Assembly (NCBI GenBank): GCA_964106915.2
Contig: OZ066917.1
Strand: one strand, 5' to 3'
Origin: Podarcis gaigeae
Taxonomy: Eukaryota
Length of the DNA: 64,000 nt
The notes beneath the pieces are model-generated. The model was not told where the DNA came from. It was given only the letters and a program-made list of their open reading frames with translations, and searched no databases. The position numbers and the translations under genes are program-made. This document shows, piece after piece, positions 42,682 to 56,500 of the stretch (the first letter of the stretch is position 1; each line of letters opens with the position of its first letter).

Positions 42682-44779
42682 TGGGCAGTACCACATGCAC
42701 AACTGAATGCTGGAACTAGCATTTTTATTATCACACTATATGTGATGACACCCAGGTCTGTTCACATCAGGACTAGTCTTATCTTTAGATCAAGAGGGAC
42801 ACACAGATTAAGGAAGAATGAACCTTCCTATACCTGCAATTTACCTGCCTGTAGTCTCTTCCCTCTACCACCTCCGCCTTGTGATTCTCACATAGCCCCT
42901 CTCACTTCCACTATTGGAGGCCAGCTGGGGGAGTGAAATGGGGAGGGGGAAATAAACTGCAAGGAAGTAAGTTTAGCACTCAGATATGCACGTGGCCCCT
43001 TTTCTCTAAAAAGGCAACAAACCATTGGGTCCAACACCATTACTTTTTATTTTATTTGGACAAACTTGGGTCAACAAGCAAGTCTGCCACAAAACTAGTA
43101 CATGTACACAGCCCTAGGCCATGAAGGGCAGATCTGTCTTCTTTGAACTAAACGGACAGGAACACCAGGTCCACTAAATATTTTAAGTTAAGGAATTATT
43201 TAAACCATTCATTTCATCTTAGAGGAGCGGGCTGGAGACATGAAAAATGGTGTGTCCAAATTATAATAAATCCAATATTTTGCATATGAAAATACCAAGA
43301 ACTTCTGATTTGATGAAGATCTAAGGACTGAAGAAATGATTTTAGATAACGAATAATCCTTAAGAGAAATGGTTCTTCGATTATGCACCCCAAGGCCTGC
43401 ATTCCCATTACCCTCTGCTTAAGCCAATAAAATTATTGTAAACCTTGACATGTTAAACACTGAAGCTTTTCTATAAAACTTTACTGCGTTGTATAACCGA
43501 TATCTTATAGGTTAATTACAGAAGCTCTGAAATATCTTTTCTTTAAGCTGTGATGCACTAGCAGTCTCATTTAAAAATCCCTCTACATTCTATATTTTCT
43601 AGGTTTTTTCACTCTCTCACACATGGTTCTTATTTTAAAATGTGTTGTTCTGAAGTGCTCCAAACACTAGAGCCCAAAAGCCAAGTATGGAACACTCCTA
43701 GTCTAGCACCGGAAAACACACCAGGGCAGCTGTTCCACAGAGTCTACAAACTTTTAGCAATTATAGATGTGCCATGCATTAATTAGTATAGTATATTCAG
43801 AACTCAAATTAACAACACTAAAATTAGTGCCAGAACACTTCTGAACACCAGAACACCTCTGAATACCAGAGCACACACACTCACTCTCACACCCCCCCAA
43901 TGCATGCAAAACTCTTTAATGCTAGTTCTTTAATGCTGCAAAGCTATGTGGGCAAATTTCAGCAGAAGCATTAAACTAGGTGTCATAGAAAGAACTAGGA
44001 AGTGAAATCAACTGCTGGACGCGCTGGCATGGCAGCTTCCAAAATCAAAGAAGTGAATAAAATATACTGACAGAAACTGTGAAAGGTTTAATCTAAGCAC
44101 CGTATATGAACAATGTAAGAAGACGCCTTTCCCCCAAATCATTAAAAGTACCAAAGCTTTAGGCAGAGAAGTTCACAATGATTTAATGAACTCACACCTT
44201 AAAGGGCAGCCGCTAAAGCCAGCCATCCTATCCCCCCAAAGGTGACCATTCTCTATTCATGAGAAGACTAGACAGAACGCTAGACCTCCCGCTACATTAA
44301 GGAAGGAACTGGACACAGAGTTTAGTTACCTCTGCTATGACAGAGAGATGAAGAAGAATACAAGAGTGGATCTGTTTCCAGTCTTTTAACACCCGCTTAT
44401 AAAGTGGAGATTAAAGCTGCATTAATGTTTTTTGAGGATATAAGAGGAATATGGCACTGGGGAGGAGGGGGTCTCATTTTTGGTCACGGAGTAGGGCTGC
44501 CTCCTCCAGAGAAATCACTTGGGACTCCAAAAGTGTGCCGGGTCGCTTCACTGGAGAGCTGGGTCCTGCACGGGTATTGGGGGGGGGGGGAGAGACCTCC
44601 AAGCATGGGCAGAGTGCCTTCGTCCACTAACAATTTGCGCGGGTATATTTTTCCAGGCTTCAAAGGGTCACAACATGGCTCTCGAGCAAACAACCCTACA
44701 GTTCAACCCTTGATGATTTGATTTTAAAAAGGACAAAGAAAGACAAAAAAAACAACAACCCAGGCACTGCTCATATCCC

Positions 44780-46300
44780 GCAACAGAGCTACATGCGAAT
44801 AAGGAACGCCGCGTATCCAAAAGCCAGGTCAGGTCAGGATCCCCACCACCCGGGACGCGCTAACATCGCCCTCACACCGTCTAGTGTCTCCCTCCCTTGC
44901 TCTCGCCCCCCACCCCCACTCGCACATCCCACCCCTCTTTTTCCCACCCACGCCTCTCTCTCCCCAAAGGACTCACCAAATAGCGACAGGAGCAGCAGCA
45001 GAAGGGGCGCGTCCTCCCCACGGTGCCCCATGCCTCTGCGTCCAGAATTGGGGGCGGGCAAGAAGCGCGCCGAGAGCCAGCCAGCCGGAGCCCCCCCAAG
45101 TCGGTCAGCGAGCCAGCAGACCCTCAGCTAAAGTGGAGCCTCCAACAGGGGGTGGGGCCACAAAGCAATAACCCGAGCGCGAGGCAGAGCAGCGAGCAGC
45201 CCTCGCCCGCCTGTTCCCCGCTGGCTGGCTGGCTGGCTTGCCCTGGGAGCCGGCAGGAGCGAGGGAGCCGCCCGCCTCAGTCTCCGCCGTCCCCCTCCTC
45301 AGCCCGGCCGCGCAGCCAACCACAGGGACAAACTTTCCCTGCCCCCGCCCCGCTCCCCCTCCCACAGGTGCCGAGGGAAGGCCGGCCCGGCCCCCACCCC
45401 CTTAAAGGGGAGGAGGAGGAGGAGGAGAAGCGGCTGCGCTCCCCGCCCGCCCGCCGGCAGCGGCTGCTTGTCCTCCGACGGCGCTGCCGAGGGATTCCCC
45501 GCGCCGCCTCAGCCCGGTCGAGGGAAGCCATCCACTAGTTCCATTGCATTGAACAACCAAGCAAGCTCCGCACCTCGCTCGGCACGCCCCGCACCCGGCG
45601 CGCGCTCGCCGTCGGTGCGCGGCGCTCGCCGCCAAATCCCGCCCCTTCCACTCTCAGTCTCGGCGCTGGGATCCCGAAAGGGGGAACAAAGTGCCGGCAA
45701 CTAGAAAGCGAAGCCCTTCAAACCAGGCGGGAAGAAGAAAGAAGGCGGGAAGGGAGGGAGGGAGCAAGTTGGCCGCTCAGGCGGATAAAGCGCGCAAAGG
45801 GGAAAATCGAGTAGCCCGAAATAGTCCCACACGTTGGAAGTGAGAAAGGTGAAGGGGCCTGTCAGCGTCGTGCGGAGGGTTTTACGGCTCGCAGCGCAAT
45901 CTTAAAGTATCTTTACTTCGGAGTCAGACTGGCCGGGTTTTGCTCCCAAGGAAACGTGGGTTAGGTTTGCAGCCTTTGGCTTCGTACGCACGCTCGTTTG
46001 CAAAGTAAATTCAGTTGAAATGTAGGGGGAAAGGAAGTCCGATGGGAGATCGGGGACGTCTTTGGGCGCACGAGTCCCGTCCCCCGTCCCCCTGCTTCTC
46101 CGCTTCAGGGGCCGTGTTTGGGCAATATGGGATTATGGGACACGCTGGGGATTACTGGTCAGAAAGGCAGACTCCACGGGAAGCACATCCCCCTTGAGAA
46201 AGGGAGGTTTCTCGGCGCCACCTGCTTCCCAGACGCAGCAAGAACGGCGAAAGGCCCTCCGCACCTTTTGCTCTAACGGCTTTAAATCCCTTCCCCTGGC
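44780..46300. promoter_or_regulatory. CpG island / promoter and 5' UTR region of PTGFRN
   Basis: Sharp rise in GC and CpG content against a CpG-poor background, several GC boxes (GGGGCGGG/CCCGCCC), and overlap with the start-codon exon. The TSS cannot be placed from sequence alone. Confidence 0.85.
44977..45031 (-). CDS. PTGFRN: PTGFRN coding exon 1 (signal peptide MGHRGEDAPLLLLLLSLF-)
   Basis: ATG at 45031 in strong context (ggcATGG) inside a CpG island, followed by a Leu-rich signal peptide and donor G|GTGAGT at 44976. The 55-nt length gives phase 1, which joins exon 2 in frame (G+CT=Ala). Confidence 0.85.
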
Positions 46301-46388
46301 GAAGGAGGCCGGAAAACTATAAAACTGATTTCTTCACAGCAAGACACACACCTATCAGGGAAAGGGGGGGGGGGCTTGATCACATAGG

Positions 46389-46488
46389 TGTTGGCATCCG
46401 ACAGTCTCGAGAGACAATGGAGTGCGCCTCCAGGGGCGAAGTCAAACCGCTGCGTTAGTAGCACCAAAGTGGCCTCCCGGGATGCAAG
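46389..46488 (-). mobile_element. 3' fragment of the same RTE-like element
   Basis: Reverse-complement match to about 40410-40510. Confidence 0.65.
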
Positions 46489-46824
46489 AAACCTCTTCGA
46501 TTTTTAAAGGCAATCCTTTCCTCAAATCACAAACATGCCTGGCAATATTTCAGTGGTGCTTTATGTTATCTCTTATAGTATCCTTCTGGGCTGGCTTCCT
46601 GGGTTATGATCTGGAAAGATGGGACTGGTCGTCTTATTAGGTGGTGCTGGGTTAATGCTATTCTGTCCCATGGTCACCAGCCACCAGGAATGCTGAGAAG
46701 TTCTGTCTTGTCCCCATTTCTGTTTAATTCCTACATTGGAATTCAATGTCAACCATTCCTTGCTGGTTAAGTGTGGATAGTGTAATTATACAATGAAGTC
46801 AGTAGGTGGCACTAGACTTTGATA

Positions 46825-47050
46825 CAGTGGTACCTCGGGTTACATACACTTCAGGTTACAGACTCCGCTAACCCAGAAATACTACCTCAGATTAAGAACT
46901 TTGCTTCAGGATGAGAACAGAAATCGTGCTCCGGCGGCGCGGCAGCAGCAGGAGGCCCTATTAGCTAAAGTGGTGCTTCAGGTTAAGAACAGTTTCAGGT
47001 TAAGAACAGACCTCCAGAACGAATTAAGTACTTAACCCAAGGTACCACTG
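46825..47050. mobile_element. Tc1/mariner-type MITE, family A, copy 3
   Basis: Same internal sequence, TA|CAGTGGTACC...GGTACCACTG|TA. Confidence 0.9.
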
Positions 47051-48224
47051 TACAGCGTATGGGTGGAATCAGGAGGATCCCAATGCTGTTCTTTGTTTGG
47101 ACAGAGACAATAAAGTTATTGTCTAGTTTCTTTACTAGTGTGGCCTCTAAGCCTTCTATGACATTCTCTATGTCTTTTTTAAAAATGAAACCGAAGTGTT
47201 AATCTACAAGTGTTATCAATGTAATGGACAAAATGTCACTCCATTTAAGGAAAGTCAATTCTATTACCACCACATCTTCACAGGCCTTCCAAAACACCTC
47301 CAGTATCATGAACATTAACAACCACTGGGAATGATAATCCACAATAAGGTACTTTTTACAACTAAAAGCTAGAGTCATTGCTCTTTCTATTTGAATGAGA
47401 AGGTAGGCTATGAACCCTCAAGAGGAATTTATGAAAACAGACCCAGAGCCAATATATGTTAAGAGTATGTCTTCTATTGTGTGATACTGTGCTTTCCTTT
47501 GTTGTAAAATATATTGCTATAATAACTGCCTTTTGCAATGCTCTTCAGCTGTTTAGATATTGATCTCCTCTTACTACACAATAAATGAGAGTTGTAGGTT
47601 TTGGCCTACAGTCTCAAACATTCTTGAATTCTAGGCGAGGCTATTTGCTTTTCAGATCAGGCAACTGATGCTGTTGATTTAATTACTGTGGGTGGTTGTT
47701 TGCTGTTTGAGTTTCATTTTTAATCCACAGGTTTGATGAAGGAAAGGTATGCTGGTTTAACACCACCTGGGGTCATCTGGAAAATAATTGTTACTGCTTC
47801 CTTGTTTCCCTGAACTGCTGTAAAAATACAAACCACAGCCCAAAAAAGAATTCAATTTCAATATATTTCTGTTTTCCAGGGCATTTATGTGGCAAAACCT
47901 GCATGCTACTGCCTACATGTGAGCTGAGGTAGCCTTTAGAAGATAAAAATGGAGGCACATACATTTAAAAGATGGATCTCAATGCATATAATTAAGGAGG
48001 TGAGATCTCTCTATGTGTGTAGCAAGCATTGGTGGGCCATTTCTAACTTAATTTCATTTTTGCCATCCTGGTGCCCTCCAGATGTTTTGAACTACAGCTC
48101 CAGCCAACATGGCCATAGAAGGCTTCTCTACCTGGTTATTTCGAGGGTAAGAATTTATTGTGGGGGCAGGATGTTCTAAAACTTTTAAAATTACAGTTCC
48201 CTGAACCTGACACAACTATCACAG

Positions 48225-48500
48225 GAAGGGAGTCTGAGGAACTGAGACAAACAGTGGTGAAAAGAAGTGTAGTTCTAGACCGCAATGACAAAATAGAAAC
48301 AGACTAATCACCAAGTCCAGATAGTATCCACCTGAGAGTTCTTAAAGAATTCAAGTGTAAAACTGCTGGTTTTCGAACAATAAAAAAATAACTTGTCCCT
48401 AAAACTAGCCTCCATACCTGAGGATAGAAAAGTGGCCAATGTAAGTCCGATTTTTAAAAAGGTATCCGGCGATGGGATCCTGAAAATTGCAGGCAGCTTA
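48225..48500 (+). mobile_element. CR1 ORF2 fragment
   Basis: Degenerate KSP-PDSIHLRVLKEFK...IPEDRKVANVSPIFKK...DPEN motifs. Confidence 0.75.
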
Positions 48501-48630
48501 GGAAAACAAATGGGCTGGCTAAGACTGATGGGAGCTATTTTCCAAAACTTATGGACAGTACCAGGTTGGTGAGGACTGCTGCTTTATGTGGTTACTTCAT
48601 GGGTGAGAGTTTGGGTGTGTAATTCTAATA

Positions 48631-48876
48631 CAGTGAAACCTTGGTTCTCGAGCGCCTTGGTACTCGAACATTTCAGTTCCCGAATGCCGAAAACCCAGAA
48701 GTAAGTGTTCTGATTTTTGAATCTTTTCCAGAAGCCGAATGTCCAATGTGGCTGTCGGCTATTGTTTCCAGGGCACCTGCACCAAACAGAAGCCGTGCCT
48801 TGGTTTTCGAACATTTCAGAAGTCAAACGGACTTCTGGAACGGATTACGTTTGAGAACCAAGGCATGTCTTAAATG
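48631..48876. mobile_element. Tc1/mariner-type MITE related to family B, right end damaged
   Basis: Left end TA|CAGTGAAACCTTGGTTCTCGA and an inverted TTGAGAACCAAGG near the right end. The interior resembles the reverse complement of the 34418 element. Confidence 0.7.
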
Positions 48877-49849
48877 TACTGGTATCTTGATATGTGGTGG
48901 GAAAGCATATGGAATTTACATCCAGATAGGAATGTGCCAATCCCCTTTGAGAAATTGTGTTGCTCCTATTTAAATTGTTTTCCTGGTTTCACTTGGATGT
49001 TCTGCCTGCGGCGGAATCTCTGAATTCACTTCCAATGTGACTTCATGGAAATACAATTACAACCTAGGACATTGGAAATCACTATCTCTCACACACCAAT
49101 CCCAGAAGTGTCATTTTGGGGGGGCGTCAAGTCAAGACAGTCCAATATTTAATTTTAATTTTAATTCAAAAGGAATCCCAGCTGTCCTGAAAATACAAAG
49201 TTTGTGAACATATCAGGAACTTGCTCTTTATTCTCAGTCTCAACTTTCTATGCTAGAGTGGCCAACAAGGAGCCCTACAGATATTGCTGGACAACAACTC
49301 CCATCAGCCATGACCATTGGCCATGCCAACTGGGGTTGATGGGAATTGGAGTCCAAAAGCATCTGGAGAGCATATTAGCTATTCCTGCTTTCTACACAGT
49401 GCTCAGCTCAGCAGCTCCCTCCATCGCAAAGGTTGGCTCTCATTGCACAGCAAGCAACGTTGTGTCACTGGCTGCTGAATCCTAAGCAAGAGGGATGTAC
49501 CTCCCTTTGTTAATTAGCCATAACTTCAACAGCAGTCTATATTTTGCCTGATCATCCCCGAGTAATGTTAGAGCTTTGTCACACCACTCTTCTGGATGGT
49601 AGTAGTTCTTGCTCAGCCCTCCCACTCCTGCCCAAGCAAATGCTGTTTCTTTCATCAAAACTCTGTGCCCTTCTCTGCAAACTGGCTAACACATACTCCT
49701 TCCGCAGAACAGCTATTCTTCTCTACCTGCAGCAGAACACCAATTTCACAGAAAACAAAACTTTTGCTCTATTGCTGCATCAGTTCCTGACCAGCCAGCA
49801 CTACCAACATCTTTTTATTATTATTACTAGTAGTAGTAATAAAGGGGGG

Positions 49850-50559
49850 GGGAGGACTTGGGTAACTACCAACTGATGAGCTTGGCATTGATACCAAGAA
49901 ACATCCTAGAACAGATAATTTGGTATGTCTGTGAACACTTGGAAAAGGATACTATGATTACTAAGACCCAACATGTATTTCTCAAAAACAAGTCATGCCA
50001 GACAAACCTCTCTCTTTTATATATAGAGAGAGAGAGAGTTACAAGCTTGGTGGATCAGGGGAATGCTGTGGGCATAGTGTATCTTGATTTCATAAGGCTT
50101 TTGAGAAAGTCCCCCATGATATTCTTGTGAGGAAGCTGGTAAAATGTAGGTTGGACAAGGTGGATTTGTAGCCACCCAATATGATCAAAAAGTCAGAAAA
50201 TCAAGCCTTATGAGGAATACTTGAAGGAGCTAGGGATGTTTCACCTGGAAAAGAGGAGTTCAAATATTTGAATGGTTGTCACATGGAAGATGGAGCAAAC
50301 TTGTTTTTTCCTGCTCTGGAGGGTAGGATAGCTTCAATAGCTTCAAGTTACAAGAAATAGCTTCAAGTTACAAGAAAGGAGATTCCGACTAAACCTCAGG
50401 AAGAACTTTCTGACAGTAAGAGCTGTTCAACAGTCATTGGAGGTTTTTAAGTTGGATGGCCATCTGTCATGCATGCTTTAGTTGGGATTCCTGCATTGCA
50501 GAGGGTTGGACTAGATGACCCTTGGGGTCCCTTCCAACTCTACAATTCTATGATTCTAT
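49850..50559 (+). mobile_element. CR1 LINE relic (RT fragment, internal deletion, 3' tail)
   Basis: Peptide GNYQLMSL...ILEQII...QHVFLKNKSCQTNL...VTSLVDQGNAVGIVYLDF matches CR1 RT motifs. Ends in the CR1 (ATTCTATG)n tail. Confidence 0.9.
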
Positions 50560-52029
50560 AGTAGTAGCAGAAATTGTTTGCCGCTTTCCACAAATAAGCC
50601 TCAAATCCATAAAACACACAAATCTTTTCATCATCAGAAAAAGTTGCCCCAAAAGGTAATCTGAGCTACTATTAGATATATTCAGAGTTCATAGATATGT
50701 AGCTGTAAAACAGAGGTACTTTATAGCTACAACACAATGGCACTGCACTCAGTTTACACAAAAGTCAATTACTTTTCCAGATACTAAACAGTGAAAAATC
50801 AAGCCTATTGTGTTTTTCCCCTCTCTCTTTATTTGAAAGATGCTGAAATCAGAGGCTGTTTCACAGATCATGCAGATATAGCTAGTGAAGGGACGGGATT
50901 TCTTTTGCAGTTTTGCTCCTTTTTGCATGCTTCAAGTCCTCCATTTGCATGTTGCTTATTCTTGCCTTATTTTTGATGGACTGATACACCGATTGATTTA
51001 GGCCATTTCCCCCACAATTTCCATTTTGTAGCAATTTAAGCTTTCATCTGAGGTGTCAGATTTAAGTCAAAGACTTCCTAAAAAAACCATAAAGCAGTCA
51101 AGTACCTTTTCCCATTAAAAAAAACCCACCATATTTATTTATGAGGTTCACAGTAAATGTGTGATCAATGGTTTGTTTCAATGGGGAGTATCCAATTTGA
51201 CTTTCATGTATGATAGTTAGATACTGTTTTATTGTTTTGTTGCTGCTGCAGCAGATTTATTTAGTTACATTTCCACGAGCACCTCTGTTAATTGCTGGCC
51301 CAAAGAAATCTCCCGTTTTCTGCAGCAGGATAATGAGTTACTTCAGGCATAACTCAGGAGAGTGTCCAGAATAAAGAATTAGCTGAAAGGATATGTGTGT
51401 GCACTCACAGTTTATGACCCTGAAATTTAGATATAAACGGGGTCCCCAAAGCACTTCCCAGAGAAACATGAGACCCACACACCTAAGTTTTCTTTGGATG
51501 CAGGCCTGGCCACAGCTGTCAGCCAGGTTGGGCACTGACTGAGGGCTCCAGGGGCTTGGAGTGGCCCAATTCTGGTCCAGCCTGGCAGCTTCATCATTTA
51601 CCTTCCTCTGGATGCTTTTCAGTAGTGGGCAGCAGTGCCACTTTGGAACAGCAGCCAAGCTCAACTCCTATCTGCGGTGGCCTCCCAACATTCTAAGGTG
51701 ACCCAAATGTGATGCCCTGTCCCTTTAGATCTATGACATGTATCCTGCTCCTAATGAACCCTGACATAGCATTCACCTTGATCCTAAGATCTCTTTCCTT
51801 GTCATTCACTGTCAGTTCAGACCCTATTAGCATTTATGTGCAATTATTATAGCAAGGTTCCTGAACGTGTCCAACTGGCTGAACTATCTAAGGAGGAATG
51901 AGCCATATTTAAATCACAGCCAGACAATTTCTTGTGTTACTATTACCTCCATGGAAATTAATCGAGTACATGCAACATCTTCCCAGATTGTGTGCTTGCA
52001 AAAGGAAGAACACTTCTATCACACTTCAT

Positions 52030-52633
52030 ATATTTTTATATATTTACTTCCTTACTATATTTATTTATATAAGGCCACCCAATAACACTGCTCTTCAGGC
52101 ACATCACAAACAGAAAATGCTAAAATGCAGTTAAAATAAGAATGGCATAAAATTGCAACTTAAAAATGTGCAGCAGAAAGAAAAATAAAACCAGATAACT
52201 GAAAAACTAGGCAGCACATAAATACTGGCTGAAAATGGTAAATCATGGCTTAAACAAAGGCTGAGAGAATAAAAAGGCTTTCTTGGTGTGGGAATGGTGA
52301 TAATGAACACAGCAGATAAGCTACTCTGGGGAGGACATTTCATAAACAGGGTGTCACTGGTTAAAAGGCCTTTTCCCAAAAAGCCAGCCATCTCCCTTCA
52401 CTTGGTGGGGCACCCAAATCAAGGCATCTAAACACGGTACTTCAAAAATCCCGGTCCCAAGCTGTTTAGAACTTTAACAGTTAAAATCTTGACTTGAAAT
52501 TATAAATGGATTGGAGACCGGTGCAGTAGGTAAAGCAAAGGAATGAAATTATTAACTCATCACGTCAGCAGTTTTAATGCTCAATTTTGTATCGCCTATG
52601 TTTCTAGCCTATTCTCAAAGGCAACCCTGCATA
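52030..52633 (-). mobile_element. L2 LINE 3' relic, minus strand
   Basis: Minus-strand YAGLPLR and LH-SPI...VKILTVKVLNSLGPG motifs, heavily decayed. Confidence 0.6.
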
Positions 52634-52639
52634 CTTGCC

Positions 52640-53535
52640 TGGACTACTGGCTTGTGGCACTGCCCTTGAAGACTGCCTAGAAACTGCACTTAGTGCATAA
52701 TGTGGCTGCTAGGTTGGTGAATGGGGCAGCCCAAAGCAAGCATCTGTTGCCATTCCTGAAAATGCTACACTGGCTGCCAGCCAAGTACTGGGCCCAATTC
52801 AAGGTGCAGGTAAAGGTAAAGAGACCCCTGACCATTAGGTCCAGTTGTGACCAACTTTGGGGTTGTGGTGCTCATCTTGCTTTGTTGGCTGAGGGAGCCG
52901 GCATACAGCTTCCAGGTCGTGTGGCCAGCATGACTAAGCCACTTCTGGCAAACCAGAGCAGCACACGGAAACGCCGTTTACCTTCCCGCCGGAGTGGTAC
53001 CTATTTATCTACTTGCACTTTGACATGCTTTCGAACTGCTAAGTTGGCAAGAGCAGGGACCGAGCAATGGGAGCTCACCCTGTCGCGGGGATTCGAACCG
53101 CCAACCTTCAGATCAGCAAGTCCTAGGCTCTGTGGTTTAACCCACAGCGCCACCCGTGTCCCAAGGTGCTAGTACTAGTATACAAAGTTCTAAATGACTT
53201 GGGGCCCAGCTACATAAAAAGCTTCCCCAATACTGACCATCTCATGCACTAAATCAACAGAGGAAGCCCTCCATGGTGAAGTGTGTCTGCCTCCCTCATT
53301 ATTAACATTCAAGAGGAATTTAAAAACATTCCTGTTCACACAGGTATCTGATGGTTGAATGATACTGACCCTGGAAACCTTGAAATTATTGGCTATAGGT
53401 GTGCGTGATTGGTTTTTTTTTTTTAATGTTCTTCGATTTATTTTATTTTATTTTATTTTTTGCTATTTTGTTGTTTGCAATCCCTCCCAGAGGAGGAGCA
53501 GAAAAGAATTTTTTAATAATAATAATAATAACAAT
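52640..53535 (+). mobile_element. L2 LINE 3' relic interrupted by a Sauria SINE
   Basis: LPLKT..KLHLVHNVAARL...LKMLHWLPAKYWAQFKV|LVLVYKVLNDLGPSY, ending at an (AAT)n tract. Confidence 0.8.
52808..53161 (-). mobile_element. Sauria SINE, copy 5, inserted in an L2 relic
   Basis: Family sequence with TSD CAAGGTGC on both sides. It splits the L2 peptide ...WAQFKV|LVLVYKVL... Confidence 0.9.
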
Positions 53536-56500
53536 AACCACATTGCCATAATTTCTTACGTGCAGATTGATTTCCATGTAGGGAATTGTTATTATTAAGA
53601 AGCTGCTGCCATGCATCACAAGAACTGTGCTCCTAAGTTGCAAAGTGCCCAGAGCAGCACAGAGGGTAAGTCTGGATGATTATTATGCTGCCATCACAAA
53701 ACTTCTCCTTTATACTCCGGCAGCCCTGGGGACCTGGGGGAAAGGAGTGGGCAAAGTTTATTAGAATCTGTGAACAGCCCACTGACTTTGCAAAGCCAGC
53801 CTAAAGCTCCTTTGAAGCATAAATCAAGAGAAAAGACGGCCTCTTAAGAGGATGGATGTTGAACTTGGAATAACGAAATATTTATTTAAAGATTCAGCCT
53901 CGCTGCAGAAAATAAAAGAGGACATAAACACTGAACACTCTATACGCACTGTCTCTAGCAAAGCAGATACTTTCAGCTAGGTTGTCACTCCTTTAATTTA
54001 TGTCCAAGTAGTTACATTCTCACACTAAAAAGTCATGGGTATTTTTTTTGTGTCCCTGAAAGCAAGACAGATGCTAATGCCAATATGGATCTGCCACACT
54101 GACTGGGCCAACTTTTCCGCTTTTCCGCTTGAAATGGCTTTAAAGTATAGATCAGATTTACTTCTAGACTCCTGCTGCTGTTTTGCATTTTATAACTGAT
54201 GTTTGCTCAGACATTTTCCCAGGTTAATGACCCCAGCTTTGCAAAATGTAAGCCCTCCTGTAGACAGCCACCCTAGCATGAGTTGGAAAGCTGCAAGGAA
54301 TTGATTTTTCATGCCTGTGGCCTTCATTCCCCAAAACTGGATAAGCTCCTATAAGGAGAAAAAAGAAATGAGGTTCACTTTTATATTGCAAATATCATCA
54401 GAGTATCTGGGAGAAGCAGGGCCAGCCCTACCATTAAGCAGAGTGAGAAAGCTGCCTCAGGCAACAGACGCTGCAGGGTGGGAAGTAATGCCAAGGTGTC
54501 AGAAGACAGAGCTATGGGTGCCATGTGACCTGCTCTGTGCCCCTAACCTAGCCTACCACCTTCAGCTGTGGTCAATGACTCTGTCCCATTTCCATTGCTG
54601 AAGGACAATTCCACAACCAATCTTGCCAGCTTCTGCACATGAAATTGGTGGTGAAGTAGGGAAAAATCTTGCCCTTCACCTCAGACAACAAAATGCCTTG
54701 GACATCCCCAAGGAGAGGATTTCCACAAACATGCCAGAGACTAAAGATTTGCATTTAAAAGACCAATGCCAGGCACTGGTCCACAGCCTGTTAGATCTCA
54801 AACAACTTTATAAAAGTGTATGCACTGTAGTTTCATATATCTTACAAAAACAAGATATTTTAAACTGAGGTGACTTACAGATTTGTCATATTAATGTGTG
54901 AAGCTCCCCTCAGAGACAAAGGCCAGGTAAGCTGCCAAGTAAAACAATTTGCAAGTTCCCTCTCTCCAGGGCGGCCCATCCTGTTTAGCTGTCTGTATGG
55001 AAAGATTTCTCTGGGGCTCAATCCTGCTCAAATGTCCTCATTCCTCCTGAGAGTCATGATATGCAGTGAGATGATCTTGGGCCGTGAGTTCCACATTATT
55101 CTTCCAGAATGCCACCTCCAGTGGGTTTATCATTCTTATCAACTCTGGTTGTTTTGCCCAATGTTTGGGGTGGGGTCATATCACTAGGCTCCCTAATGGC
55201 CTCTTGCTCTGGGAAGTCTCTGTGGCAAACACAGGCCCTTTGTTGTCATCAAACAAAGAAGAGTCCACTCAACAGGGTCTTGCTTGGTTCTGATAGCTAC
55301 CCTCTTTCTTCATGCTGGAGCTGTCCATACAATCATTCCTGATAAGGAAGCTACAAAAGTGTAAAGAGAGCTCTTGATCTAGGGAGCTGGACAACTCCAG
55401 TGTGCCTTGTCAACACTTATCTAGCACCCACGTTCATGTATGCAAGCCCAGATCTTGCACCTGTATATTCTGCACCCAAGTCTGATATTTTCTCTCTCTC
55501 TCTTAGACTGCTTCAGTTCTGAGGCTGATCCTAAATATGCCTACCTGGAACAACCAATGTTGAGTTCATTGTGAATTACTTCCTAGAAAGCTAGTGTTAT
55601 GAGGTGGGTCTTTTTGGGGGGGTGTGGAAGTAGGCTGTATGAAAGATCCTTCTAACCCCTGGATCCCGCAAACGTTCAAATATAAGCCAGGCTACTTCCC
55701 GATTTTGAGACGATCGCCTGGGTGACAGGCCATTATGGAGAACAAAGAAAGATGCTTTGTGTGAGAGCATACCTCTGTGTAAGGTGGAGCTCCTCCCTCA
55801 ACAGATAAAGCGGAGTTTAGAGTAGAGTTTGCAGTGATGTGAGCTAGAAGCAATGCAGCAATCTGGAGAGAGAGAGCAACACTTGAGGGCAGCGTTTGAT
55901 TTCCCTGGTTAAGTGGCTAGGACCTCTGGAATTTCATACCGCTTGGAGACTGAGGTGGCATGCAACCATACATATGGCAACTCTAATTCCATGTGTATGT
56001 GTTTTTTTTCTCTTTGCATTCCCCAGTTGTGATTTAGCAAGCATTACCTGATACAGAAATGCACTGCTATGCCTTTTTAAATGGGAAACGTAGGAAGCTG
56101 TCTTGGTTCCCCTAGCTCAGTATTGTGTCTCCATTTACCAACACTATTTCTCCAGGGGTCTTTCCCAACCATGCCCAGAGATGCTGGAGATTAGACCTAG
56201 GACTTTTGCATGCAAAGCAGAACCTCTACTGCTGAGCTGTAACCCATCTCCGAATATGTCATTGTTTTTATACTGCCAGTTCTGTGAAGAATTTAGTGAT
56301 TCGTTTAGGTAAGAGGCCAGTAGGACAGAAAGAGGCACAGTAAAGACCATGCAAGGAACTAACAGCTTGCCGTCATCATAGCTAAGCTTGTCATCATTAT
56401 AGACATGGAGCATTCAAACATATCTCTACTGAACTGTCCAAGATAAGGCTATCTTGGCATTTGATGAAAAGAGTGAAGGAATCCTGTGGTTTTTCTTGCC

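Noticed and set aside
44718-45704. Many overlapping Pro/Arg/Ala-rich ORFs
   Set aside because: Expected from stop-codon scarcity in a GC-rich CpG island. Only the signal-peptide exon has splice and protein support.
48225-50559. Two CR1 fragments as one interrupted element
   Set aside because: Both contain the D-x-x-N-Y-R-type motif, so they overlap in ORF2 position and are more likely separate copies.
27912-53172. Recurring peptide LPGHVASMTKPLLANQSS in several ORFs
   Set aside because: It is a chance translation of Sauria SINE copies, not a gene family.
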